A stretch of DNA of 64,000 nucleotides from Octopus sinensis (GCF_006345805.1 NC_043014.1:40796001-40860000); one strand, 5' to 3'. Shown: positions 40,514-51,766, numbered from the stretch's first letter. Notes: generated by a model from the letters alone, not told the origin. Numbers and translations are program-made.

Positions 40514-41231
40514 TATTAGAGCTGACATTGAAACCAAATGGTGGGTTCTACCATATAAACTTTCTTTATCAGGTATTTTTAGACTTAGAAGGTAACTGTC
40601 TGGCTATGGTATTGTATTTCAGCTGAATCCACTTCAGCTTAGCTTTAGGTTTCATAAAATCATGCAACACAATTAAACGTTTCCTTATCAGAAGATATAC
40701 AGGAAATCTTTTCACTGATAGTCCTCACAATGGTAGTGAAGAGATTAGAGACTTCGTGACAATACTGCTTTATTTTGTTAGGTTTACTAAAGGACCATAA
40801 AACCCTGAAACTAAGTTAATGGTAATATTGATTTGCATTTGCACTCTCAGCGATTCTATGATCAAAGCTTTTGAAAGAATTAAATCTTTCCTAATCTTAT
40901 CTAATTAACAACGGTGTCTATGGTTAAAATTTAATCTGTCATCTCTGTACCGACTTAGCTCTATCGAATTACATTTACTGTGGACAATATCTTAAATGAA
41001 TAACCCAATTAATTAGAAACAACTGATAAAGAAGAATGGCATAGTTCTGTAATATTCCATTTAACTCGTAAGTCACTAAAGGAAAGAAGATATTTTCTGG
41101 CATGCATAATGACATCAGTGTCTAAATCACTAATAATGGTAAATGTATATCTGAAAGCTAACACTCTCATTAGGATTCAGTGATAGAAAGGCAAAATTCC
41201 ATAATGTCAAATTGTGTAAATTTACAGTTAT

Positions 41232-41640
41232 GTTTGTCATACTCTTTTACTTGTTTCAGTCATTTGACTGTGGCCATGCTGGAGCACCACCTTTTTAGTT
41301 GAGCAAATTAACCCCAGGACTTATTCTTTGTAAGCCTCATACTTATCAGTCTCTCAATTGCCGAACCGCTAAGTTACGGGGACGTAAACACACGAGCATC
41401 GGTTGTCAAGCGATGTTGGGGGGACAAACACAGACACATAAACACATACACACATATATATATATACATATATACGACGGGCTTCTTTCAGTTTCCGTCT
41501 ATCAAATCCACTCACAAGGCTTTGGTCGGCCCGAGGCTATAGTAGAAGACACTTGCCCAAGGTGCCATGCTGTGGGACTGAACTCGAAACCATGTGGTTC
41601 GTAAGCAAGCTACTTACCATACAGCCACTCCTACGCCTAT
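41232..41640 (-). mobile_element. SINE-B inserted in the PLE
   Basis: Full-length reverse complement. Confidence 0.85.
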
Positions 41641-41804
41641 ATGTATGTTACTGGACTAATCAGTTACTGATGAACTAACTATTACTCCGATGGGGAAGTT
41701 TAAACTATTATCGATCAAACGTCTGTTGATATTGTTGCTTAAAGTCATTATGGGTTTGAGTTGAGTTGAACAAATAGCCAAGAAATTTTTTTAAAAATGT
41801 GAAG

Positions 41805-42255
41805 ACCTGTTGAGGCAAGTGAAAATCAAAATCGAAATCGATCAACATCAATGGAATTTGTAGTTGTGATACCAGTGCCAGTGGCACGTAAGAGAACCAT
41901 CCGAATGTGGCTGCAGCCAGCGCTGCATCGACTGGCCTCCATGCCGGTGGCACGTAACAAACATCATCCGATCGTGGCTGTTGCCAGCCTCGCCTGGCCT
42001 CCGTGCGGGTGGCACGTAACAAACACCATCTGATCGTGGCCGTTGCCAGCCTCGTCTGGCACCTGTGTCGGTGGCACGTAAAAAGCACCCACTACACTCA
42101 CGGAGTGGTTGGCGTTAGGAAGGGCATCCAGCTGTAGAAACACTGCCAGATCTGACTGGGCCTGGTGCAGCCTTTGGGCTTCCCAGACCCCAGTTGAACC
42201 GTCCAACCCATGCTAGCATGGAAAGTGGACGTTAAACAATGATGATGATGATGAT
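41805..42255 (+). mobile_element. RTE 3' end repeat
   Basis: Reverse orientation, ends ...gttaaacaat(gat)n. Confidence 0.8.
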
Positions 42256-42602
42256 GTTTGTACTACAATGGATTAGATAACACTAAAGATGAACTTCTCT
42301 GAAATTAGCAATGGCCTAGAAATAACTCACAACAATGGCTGGGATGTAGATGGCAGCAGAGCTGAATGTGTTAAAAGATGAATTATTCAGCTATTTGTGG
42401 CTCTCTTTGAGAAACATATTTCTATTCAGAAATTTATCTTAAAATAGAAAGATGGAGAAATTTTCTTTATTTCCTATTGGCTCTTTTCCTCACACACACA
42501 ATCTCTCTGTGAATATTATCGGCTTGTCAGTATACAACTGGTCTCTATAGTATATATTGTATATCATTGTTGATCAGTGGGATGCACAGGAATTGGTAAT
42601 AC

Positions 42603-42669
42603 CTCTGAAATGCTTGTGCAGATTCTTAGAATGTAAACCACCTCTGTGGATGGGTTGAGGTGAACCTAT
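42603..42669 (-). CDS. Speculative exon 2 of the unidentified minus-strand gene
   Basis: Acceptor actgcttttAG. Only the phase-0 frame is open (IGSPQPIHRGGLHSKNLHKHFR). Donor GAG|GTATTA is weak. Confidence 0.25.
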
Positions 42670-43184
42670 CTAAAAGCAGTGTACTAAATTTTGTTAATGC
42701 ACAACTATTTTATTCAAATAAGTTATTAATCCAAAATAAATATTTGGTATGCTTTTATTCTTTTACTTGTTTGTCATTTGACTGTGGCCATACTGGAGCA
42801 CTGCCTTAAAGATTTTTTTTTAGTTGAAGAAATTGACCCCTGCACTTATTCTTTGTAAGCCTAGTACTTATTCTATCAGTCTCTTTTTCCAAACTGCTAA
42901 GTTTCAGTGACTTAAACACACCAACATTGGTTGTCAAGTGTTGGGGGTGGGGGGGCACAGACACAAAGACATACACTATAAATATATACTTATATATATC
43001 ATGAAGGAAAGTATTTCGTTTTTGGATTTGGTTTGCAAGATTCTTTATGTGAGTTTGTGTGTTGAAGCATATTCTGTTGTGTCTGGAGAGAGTCATTTTC
43101 TTTTTGTGCCTTATAATTTAACACACTCACCAGTAAAATTTCCACAAAAATTTTAGGAAAATAAAAATAAGGAATTAAGCAAAT

Positions 43185-43637
43185 AAAGGATGTCTCTAAT
43201 GAGCATGCATTTGGAAAACATCAAAGTGAAGGTATGTAAAGATGCCGGGCCAAAAGTCAAGAATACAAAAGGAAAAAAAAAATGGAAGGCATAAGGGCCG
43301 AAAAGGTAATAAAAGTCAGTGAAATCTAAAATTCCATAGCCTTAGAAAGATGTATGACAAGCCTTTATAAGGACGCAAAACATTATCCACAGAAGTTCAG
43401 AATCTTTACTTCTTTGTTGAGGACATGGAAACAGAAACTCCCACCTCAAATTCAGTAGGTGTAATGTTTTTTTTAAGATGCATTTCTCTGATAGGCAAAG
43501 AAAATATTTAGATGCAATAATCAGTCAGTTGATATTGTAATTAAGGTTCTCTTTCTTTTTCAAATCCCAGATGTACTTGGAAAATATTCTCATGCCTCTT
43601 TTATCTTCATTCCTGAAAGGAAATGTATGCTATTTGT
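43185..43637 (-). mobile_element. Second copy of the 3' end of the same Penelope-like element
   Basis: Colinear with 39494-39955 and starts at the same taaaggatgtctctaa point. It includes the SKYIWDLK region and has several indels. Confidence 0.85.
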
Positions 43638-43724
43638 GGCATGCAAAGCTTGTAAGACTCTTAGTGCTACTAGTCTTTTACTGCAAATTTCCTCATTATC
43701 ATTTAGTGTTTATTTTTTGCACAT
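43635..43724 (+). pseudogene. Decayed partial copy of the MPPE1 coding exon
   Basis: Aligns to 48450-48548. Reads WHAKLVRLLVLLVFYCKFPHYHLVFIFCT* versus WHAKLLRLLVLLVLLVIYCEFLHYYIVLIFCTW. It lacks one 9-bp tandem unit, and the Trp codon has become TAA. Confidence 0.85.
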
Positions 43725-43727
43725 AAC

Positions 43728-44120
43728 ATAGGCGCAGGAGTGGCTGTGTGGTAAGTAGCTTGCTTACCAACCACATGGTTCCGGGTTCAGTCCCAATGCG
43801 TGGCATCTTGGGCAAGTGTCTTCTGCTATAGCCCCGGGCCGACCAATGCCTTGTGAGTGGATTTGGTAGACGGAAACTGAAAGAAGCCTGTCGTATATAT
43901 GTATATATATATGTATGTGTTTGTGTGTCTGTGTTTGTCCTCCTAGCATTGCTTGACAACCAATGCTAGTGTGCTTACGTCCCCGTCACTTAGCGGTTCG
44001 GCAAAAAGAGACCGATAGAATAAGTACTGGGCTTACAAAGAATAAGTCCCGGGGTCGATTTGCTCGACTAAAGGCGGTGCTCCAGCATGGCCACAGTCAA
44101 AATGACTGAAACAAGTAGAA
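43728..44120 (+). mobile_element. tRNA-derived SINE family B (~400 bp), full length
   Basis: A-box tggctgtgtggtaag, B-box ggttcagtccc, cttgggcaagtgtcttc core, internal (TA/TG)n, 3' ...gactgaaacaagta tail. Confidence 0.85.
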
Positions 44121-44339
44121 AAAAAAAACTTGCTCTGGACAGTTCATCTATATACATTGAACACATCATTCATACACACACACTCGTGTAGATCTCTTTC
44201 ATTCTATGCACCACTCACACAAAGCCACTCCCTGACTCAGAACCAATTGTAAGATGATGTCGATCTAACTTGAAAACGTGTATGTATTTGACTTGTAGTG
44301 GCTGAAAGGAGAGGTTATTTTATATGCATTACTACAACA

Positions 44340-44935
44340 GGGGTGGCTGTGTGGTAAGTAGCTTGCTTACCAACCAAATGGTTCCGGGTTCAGTCCCATT
44401 GCGTGGCACCTTGGGCAAGTGTCTTCTACTATAGCCTCAGGCCGACCAAAGCCTTGTGAGTGGATTCGGTCGACGGAAACTGAAAGAAGCTCGTCATATA
44501 TATGTATATATATATGTGTGTCTGTGTTTGTCCCCCTAGCATTGCTTGACAACCGATGCTGGTGTGTTTATGTCCCCGTAACTTAGCGGTTCGGCAAAAG
44601 AGACCGATAGAATAAGTACTGGGCTTACAAAGAATATGTCCCGGAGTCGAGTTGCTTGACTAAAGGCGGTGCCTTGTGAGTGGATTCGGTAGACGGAAAC
44701 TGAAAGAAGCCCATCGTATATATGTGTGTGTATGTGTTTGTCCCCCTAGCATTGCTTGACAACCGATGCCGGTGTGTTTACGTCACCGTCACTTAGCGGT
44801 TTGGCAAAAGAGACCGATTGCATAAGTACTGGGCTTACAAAGAATAAGTCCTGAGGTTGATTTGCTCGACTAAAAAAAGGCGGTGTTCCAGCATGGCCGC
44901 AGTCAAATGACTGAAACAAGTAAAAGAGTAAAGAG
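44340..44935 (+). mobile_element. SINE-B with internal duplication or two fused copies
   Basis: gccttgtgagtggattcgg...ctaaaggcgg segment present twice. Confidence 0.8.
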
Positions 44936-44944
44936 TATACTGAC

Positions 44945-45106
44945 CTCATAATGCATTTTATTTATCATTTTATACATTATGAAATGTAGCTTGCAATATC
45001 TTTTGAGTCTTTCTTTACTTTTCTCAGATTGTATTCTTCGTGTGTTTTTTTCCTTCTTCAACTTGTTGAACCATTCCAATGCTTGCACAAATGTTTCCCT
45101 TGTCAT
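44945..45106 (-). CDS. Candidate first coding exon of an unidentified gene divergent from MPPE1
   Basis: 54 codons, MTRETFVQALEWFNKLKKEKNTRRIQSEKSKERLKRYCKLHFIMYKMINKMHYE. Unique sequence, ending exactly at the donor GAG|GTCAGT (phase 0), next to the promoter-like region. No homologue recognised. Confidence 0.4.
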
Positions 45107-45239
45107 CCGTTTGTCCCGAAAATACTTTTACCTTCAGCTTGATTTGTTAGTGATCTTACAGGTGCACTATCTCTTTCTTTTTCTCTGCCCTTCCTTTTAG
45201 AGCATTAGCAATTTCTCCATTTCCTGAATAATGTTTCGA

Positions 45240-45703
45240 AGCTACTTTGTTAACCCCCACTGCATGGCGGCCGAACCTTTCGCTTCCTCTCAGGCTCTTT
45301 CCCCTGTTCTTAAGAATATTGGAAATCGTTAAATGGAGCAACTGCAGATTTCATCCAATAACATTCGCTTTCCCTGCTCGCCGCCCGCCCCACCGCACTC
45401 TTTTATTTCGGTTGTGTATTTTCATTTTAACTTCCAAATCAAGTGGCTTCTGTTTCTTGTCTAGTGTATTAGTAGCTGGATAAAAATCTTCCTTTCATAC
45501 CAATAGTCGTGGGTGGTGAATCTGTAGAATGCGAACAAGACACTTGTGATGTGCTCGCTGAAGTGTAACTGATGCCGAGAAATAACACCAGTGCTACGGC
45601 TGCTGCTGCTGCTGCTGCATAATGGTTCTCGTACAGTGTGTGGGAATATTCAGATTTTTTCTTTTGTTTTTATGCATGGTCAAAACTGGTCGAGGATGTA
45701 AGT
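45240..45703. promoter_or_regulatory. Candidate bidirectional promoter plus non-coding first exon of MPPE1
   Basis: Local CpG/GC enrichment; YY1-like ATGGCGGC (~45264); GC-box-like CGCCGCCCGCCCC (~45380); two CCAAT boxes (~45356, ~45500); (GCT)n tract 45598-45618; consensus donor GTAAGT at 45698-45703 on +. Confidence 0.5.
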
Positions 45704-45729
45704 TGCATAGGTTATAAGTTGAGGAGTGT

Positions 45730-46620
45730 GTGTGTGTATACACAACACATATATACGTCCAGGCACACACATATTTACACACACACACACATATATATGA
45801 ATATATATATACATATATGAATATGAATATATGACTATGATTATATGATATATATATATATATATATATGAATATATGACTATGATTATATGAATATATG
45901 TATATATATATATATATGAATATATTCATATATATATGAATATATGACTATGATTATATGAATATATATATATATATATATGAATATATTCATATATATA
46001 TGAATATATGACTATGATTATATGAATATATATATATATATATATATGAATATATTATATATATATGAATATATGACTATGATTATATGAATATTATATA
46101 TATATATATATAATATATATATATATGAATATATTCATATATATGAATATATGACTATGATTATATGAATATATATAATATATATATATATATGAATATA
46201 TATATATATATGAATATATGACTATGATTATATGAATATATGTATATATATATATGAATATATATATACATATGAATATATATATATGTATATATATATG
46301 ATATATATATATATATATATATGTATATACATATGAATATATATATATGTATATATGAATATATACATTCATATAACGCCACAAACAAGGACACCTACAG
46401 ATTTCCACGTATGTAGTAGATATGTATTTATATATATATATATATGTATATACATATATATATGTATGTATATATATATGAATATATATATATGTATGTA
46501 TATATGTATATATGTACATGTATATATATGTATATCTATATGTATATATGTACATGTATATATATATGTATATATGTATATATATATATATGTACCTATA
46601 TAATATATGTATGTATATAT
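45730..46620. repeat. (TA)n array containing a compound minisatellite (tatgactatgattatatgaa + variable TA)
   Basis: The gactatgattatatga motif recurs about seven times in 45830-46240. Confidence 0.93.
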
Positions 46621-47279
46621 ATTTGTACTTCACAAGACAAGAGAATATTCAGTACTCTGTATTGCCTCCTTTTGTTCAAGGCAACTTGACTAAGAGAGGC
46701 TGATCTGGTTTGAGAGGAAGAAAGAATCGGATGTATAAATTTGAAATGGGTCTATTGGGAGACTTTCCCACTCTATTTTCTGCTCATGAACAGCATAGAA
46801 GAAATGTGTTTACATTGCTATTTTGCTCACAGCTAGGCTCTGTAATATTTAAATTTATTTCACTTCTTTTGATTCAAACTATCTTTTACATAAATTAGAT
46901 ATTGCTTAATTAATGATGAGCTATGAAAATACAAATATGTAAATGAGGCTGTCCATTGTGGTGCTAGCATAATTTATAATTGCTTTATATAATAGCTGAA
47001 TATACTTTGCTATTGATTAGGGAATGACACCAGGTATACCTTCTCTAGGAGTGGTTAAGAAACCATTGAGGAGCGCATGAGAAAACTTAGCCCTTTTTTT
47101 TTATTATCCTTCAACAACAACATATAAAGAATGAGTTTATTTCCTTATTTCATCCACTAGAAGGTTTTGTAATTTTACACACACACATTTGTTTCTTTAT
47201 TGCCCACAGGGGGCTAAACATAGAGAGGGCGCACATGTATTGATGTTCTTACATATATATATGAATCCTTATTTGCTTA

Positions 47280-47890
47280 CTGTAGATCCTCGAGTATAAT
47301 CCGCATTTTTACCCCACAATTTAAAGGTCAAAACCCCTAGTGTCTACTATATATATGGTTAAAAATGAAAATTATTTTCTAAGCAATGTCCGTTTGCATT
47401 ATGTTATATATACAATAATAATAAAGGACGTTACTCTATACGGTTTTACAAACCAAGGATGTTATAATAATAATAATGAAATTATTGTATGCAGTGCTCA
47501 GGTGCACCACAACTTGTCAGAAAGTGCATATAGAGTATATGCAGTAATGTACAAATGTCTGGAAAGTGAACAATGTATGAGTCAGATACATGCTTGTGTG
47601 TGTATGGAGGGGAGAAAATCAGGTGTAGTGTTGGCGAATCTCAGAAAGCATGGAAGTTTTGAAGGATGCAGTGCTCTGACAACTAACAACTGATGCCGGC
47701 AGTTTGTTCCATGCTTCAGCAACTCTCAGCGTGAAAAAATGTTTCCTAAAGTCATGGGAGCTGTGCTGTTTTCTGACTTTGTAAATTTGACTCAAGTTAG
47801 AGAAGGGGCGCGTATTATACACAAGGCTTAGGTTTTTCAGAGGTACAGCCTCCTAAAAATCCCCTGCGTATTATACTCGAGGATTTACGG
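47280..47890. mobile_element. Non-autonomous Tc1/mariner-superfamily (pogo-like) element with nested CR1
   Basis: 26-bp TIRs ctgtagatcctcgagtataatccgca / tgcgtattatactcgaggatttacgg (3 mismatches); TA on both sides (47278-79, 47891-92). Confidence 0.8.
47470..47786 (-). mobile_element. CR1 LINE 3' end
   Basis: RKQHSSHDFRKHFFTLRVAEAWNKLPASVVSC.STASFK. Confidence 0.85.
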
Positions 47891-47892
47891 TA

Positions 47893-48268
47893 TCTTCTCT
47901 CTCTATATATAAACGGCAGTTTGTCTGTGTGTCTGTTAGGTTGTACCCTCACCCTGACCACGGCTTTCAACCGATTCTGATGAAACTTGACCCACACATA
48001 GCCCAATGTCATAATTCAAAACTAACGCAGCGAAAATTTTGAAAAGTTCCCCCAGTTCTGAAAAAAATCGATAAATTCAACATGGGGTTGAGAATCAGAA
48101 ACACAAACCACAGACTGTCTAGGGGACGCAACTCGACCTTTTTAACTCTCAAAAAAATTTACCATAATTTTTTTCCCATTTTTTTGCTATTTTTTGGCTA
48201 TAACTCTCTAAAAATGCTTTATAGTTATTTCCCTTACAAACCCGAGCAACGCCAGGCGATACTGCCAG
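47893..48268 (+). mobile_element. Non-autonomous Helitron-like element
   Basis: 5' TC after A; 3' GC-rich hairpin-like cccgagcaacgccagg then CCAG (CTAG-like) before T; no TSD; (TGTC)n microsatellite near the 5' end. Confidence 0.65.
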
Positions 48269-48316
48269 TTTATTTTTAAAAGTGTTTGTTAATATTCATA
48301 TTTCTTATTTTTCCAG

Positions 48317-48433
48317 ATGCTGGGATGAACACATCATGGCTCCAGTCCATTCAAACTACGCCCTTTTTTAAGGCATGAAAAATGGCTGAATTCCTGTTAT
48401 TTGTATATATGTTTGTTTTGGAGTTAATAACCA
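48317..48433 (+). other. MPPE1: Probable 5' UTR part of the MPPE1 ATG-containing exon
   Basis: Strong acceptor tttcttattttttccAG ending at 48316. An alternative weaker acceptor (ttttgGAG) ends at 48423. Confidence 0.5.
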
Positions 48434-48681
48434 ATGGGATTTCGGCAAATGTGGCATGCAAAGCTTCTAAGACTGTTAGTGCTACTAGTGCTACTAGTCA
48501 TTTACTGCGAATTTCTTCACTATTATATAGTGCTTATTTTTTGCACATGGCCTGCTCTGGACAGTCAGTTCAAAGATATATTTGTAACACAAAGTTCTCA
48601 CAAACCTTTAAAAGCTATGTTTATAGCTGATACACATCTCCTTGGTAGCAGGGATGGTCATTGGTTTGACAAACTAAGGAG
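48434..48681 (+). CDS. MPPE1: First coding exon of metallophosphoesterase 1 (PGAP5, GPI-anchor remodelling)
   Basis: Translates MGFRQMWHAKLLRLLVLLVLLVIYCEFLHYYIVLIFCTWP...PLKAMFIADTHLLGSRDGHWFDKLRR. It has an N-terminal TM helix, the CEF..Y....C.WP motif, the DxH metal-binding motif and GHW.DKLRR as in vertebrate MPPE1. An in-frame TAA at 48428-48430 precedes the ATG. The donor AG|GTAGGT is at 48681/48682 (phase 2). The next expected exon (EWQM...) was not found by eye in the remaining 15 kb. Confidence 0.9.
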
Positions 48682-48988
48682 GTAGGTAATTTCACTTTTT
48701 AATATATATTTTCTTTTTTTCCTTTGCTATTGTTGTCTTTTCATTGTAATGAAATCTCTAACAATATCATATTGTTGCCACTGTTGTTAGCAGTTATCAA
48801 ATACATCCTATGATATCTGAATACACAGGCAGTGTGATAGGAGAGGAGTACAGGAATAATTGTATTGAACTGTCGTGATTTATGTGCTCTAGCCTTCGGT
48901 AGGACATTGAAAGATTCATTCATATTTTATATAAACACCAAATATAGAAATGTCTAATATTAACATGTCATATATATATATATATAAA

Positions 48989-49217
48989 GGCGGCGAGCTG
49001 GCAGAAACGTTAGCACGCCGGGCGAAATGTGTAGCCGTATTTCGTCTGCTGTTACGTTCTGAGTTCAAATTCCGCCGAGGTCGACTTTGCCTTTCATCCT
49101 TTCAGGGTCGCTAAATTAAGTACCAGTTACGCACTGGGTCGATATAATCGACTTAATCCCTTTGTCTGTCCTTGTTTGTCCCCTCTATGTTTAGCCCCTT
49201 GTGGGCAATAAAGAAAT
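48989..49217 (+). mobile_element. tRNA-derived SINE family A (~235 bp), near full length
   Basis: A-box tggcagaaacgttagc, B-box gagttcaaattcc, central gcctttcatcctttcagggtcg..taagtaccag, tail gccccttgtgggcaataaagaaata. Confidence 0.85.
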
Positions 49218-50109
49218 ATATATATATATATATATATATATCATCATTGTGGTCATCTAATGTCTGTTGACTATGCATGCATGGGTTTGACGGTTTGACC
49301 AGGGCTGGTAAGTGAGGGGCTGTATGCACTTCCTAATGCCAATATATATATAAATTGACTGAAACAAGTAAAAGAAAGATAAAAAAAAATATATATATAT
49401 ATATGTAAATGTTGAAAGACGAGAATGAGTGCTCAACATTGCATTGGTGGATAAAATTTCTTTATTTGTGTATTAAAGCTACCATTGGTTCATGTTAAGA
49501 AAAATATCTCAATATCTTATTAATTTTTCAAGCCAATCACATGGCTTTTGGGAATTTTGTAGAGTATTCAGGTAGAAAAAAACTCTAGAACTCTGGGGCT
49601 GAAGGCCAAGAAAATAGGCTGCCTATCGGTCATAATCATAGGAACAAGGTTAATGCAGTAAAAAAAGGGGCTCTGTGGGGCCCCATTTAAGTGGCCCTTG
49701 AGAAATTGAACCTCCTTACAATACTCCTTGGAAGTTCATGGCATGAAATTCATTGTCATTGCTTTGATTTGGTCACCGATGTCTTGTATTTAGTTTAAAA
49801 TGCAGTAAAAATAGTGGGGTCAATGGGGTTCCATTTAGGCAATCCTTAAAAAAAGACACCCTTAGAACATTCCCTGGGATTAGGGGAGTTGCTGGTTTGA
49901 GTTGCGATGCCCTTGCACCAATGGTCAAGAAGGAGTTGATGAGCATAAAAATGTAACAGGCAGAGAAACAGTACTCGAATTTATGAGATAAATGGGTGAT
50001 CATCTATTTCAATGTATTAGTTTCAAAAGCTTCATGCAAAACATTGGACTACAATCCATACTGAAAGAGGTAACTGCAATGAGTTCTTTGACTGAACTAA
50101 AAGTGTTTC

Positions 50110-50425
50110 ATCATCATCATCATCGTTTAGCATCCGTTTTCCATGCTGGCATGGGTTGGACAGTGCAACTGGGGTCTGGGAAGCCAGAAGGCTGCACCAG
50201 GCCCAGTCTGATCTGGCAATGTTTCTGCGGCTGGATGCCCTTCCTAACGCCAACCACTCCATGAGTGTAGTGGGTGCTTTTTACGTGCCAGACGAGGCTG
50301 GCAAACAGTCGCGATCGGATGGTGCTTTTTACGTGCCACTGGCACGGAGGCCAGGCGAGGCTGGCAAACGGCCACGATCAGATGGTGCTTTTTACGTGCC
50401 ACCGGCACGGAGGCCAGGCGAGGCT
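50110..50425 (-). mobile_element. RTE 3' end repeat with internal ~55-bp tandem units
   Basis: Same family; repeated ggtgctttttacgtgcca...gaggctggcaa units. Confidence 0.8.
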
Positions 50426-51176
50426 GTTTGATATGGCTAAATCTTGTATCTGAACATATATGGAGAAATGCTGATGAAAATGGCCCGAGAAGAACGTATT
50501 GGTTGTGTATCAATTAGTGGTGAATAGATCAGTCACTTGTAATATGTTGATATCATTTTCAGGTATTGAAACCACAATCTTACAATCATGAGCCCAACAC
50601 CTTAACCACTAAGCCACTTGCCTCTATGTATTATTATTAAACCAAAATGTCATTATGATATCAGTGAAATAGTTTTAATTTCTAAGTAATTCATGTGTAA
50701 CATACTATTCACTTGGAGTTATATAAACATCCTTGTTTATTTTCTAAAACTATGAAGTGATTGACAGAATGTATAAATATAGCTTTTTGTACTCAGCTTT
50801 TGTTTTAATTCTTTTTTTATTTTTGTATTTTTATTATATTTACAGGAATAGAAAGTTTAAATGTGTGTGACATATAAAACTAATATATAATAAAAAAAAT
50901 TTTAACTGCTATTTTCGACAAAAGTAACAGAGTGAATACTGTAAATTGTTAGATATTGTGGAGATTAACATTAATAGGCACATGGTTTAGTGTTTAGAAT
51001 GCTTGGTTCACACTCATGGGTTTGATTCTGGGAAGCATAATTTATCTTTGAGCAAGACACTTTGTTTCATGTTGCTTTAGTCCACTCAGCTGGCAAAAAT
51101 GAGTATTACCTGTAATCGAAAGGGTTTATTTTGTCACATTCTGTGTCATGCTGAATCTCCCCGAGAACTACATTAA

Positions 51177-51766
51177 CCCTTTTGATACCAACCTGCCTGA
51201 AACTGCCTCTGGCTCTGAGTACAAATCTATTGTTTTCAAAAGTTCTGAATTAAAATCTTCCAATAAACCTTAGTCACAATTCATGTTCCTAACACTAGCT
51301 TAATGATAACTACGTTATTTTACTAAATTCTTTGTTATATTTAAAACGAGTAAAATGCCCCATTTCCTTGTCCAATGGACGGTGCTGAGTTGTCAAACAT
51401 TTAAACCAAATTTTCTCAAAACAACTTGTCTGACCGTCCCATAGGCCTCCCCTTTGAGAAACACTGATTTAACTTAAATTTGAGACACCAGCAAAAGAAG
51501 AAATAAAGATAGACTTTTTTTTCTATTCCAAGAAAAATGATTTTACAAATGCACATTCCCATGGCTTTATCAATCACATTCTCACCTGGAATTGACTTAT
51601 ACATGCCCTGATACTGTCGGTATCTATATATCAAATTTGAGCACAATCGGATGGAGGATACCCGAGATCCTAGAAGACACACACACAGACAGACAGAATG
51701 GATTTTATATAATGGATTAGTTGAAAGAAACACAAAGTATCTCAAAAGAAATATGGTAACAAAAGG
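51177..51766. mobile_element. piggyBac-type MITE with a ~360-bp internal insertion (possibly Helitron-like, minus)
   Basis: TTAA-CCCTTTTGATACC ... GGTAACAAAAGG-TTAA; internal segment ~51345-51715 ends in (CAGA)n/TATA. Confidence 0.6.

Larger units (their letters stand above)
39490..41800 (-). mobile_element. Degenerate Penelope-like retroelement (RT + C-terminal GIY-YIG endonuclease), interrupted by two SINEs
   Basis: Minus-strand translation: CKFTQFDIMEFCLSITE, DVIMHARKYLL, YRDD (40938-40949), DKIRKDL, ISEKISCISSDKETF, RKFIW*NPPF, FHKIFNRN, YSCM; GIY-YIG-like DIY (40032-40040)..YIS (39981-39989), FKTRYK*H..FRNE, SKYIWDLK, LCLSEK. Multiple stops and frameshifts. The 41640-41800 extension is less certain. 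Confidence 0.85.

Noticed and set aside
45594-45929. Minus-strand ORF ending in polyQ
   Set aside because: Mostly microsatellite translation; the Q run is the complement of the short (GCT)n tract.
48989-49075. A/B boxes as tRNA genes (also in SINE-B heads)
   Set aside because: No complete cloverleaf; always fused to SINE body and tail.
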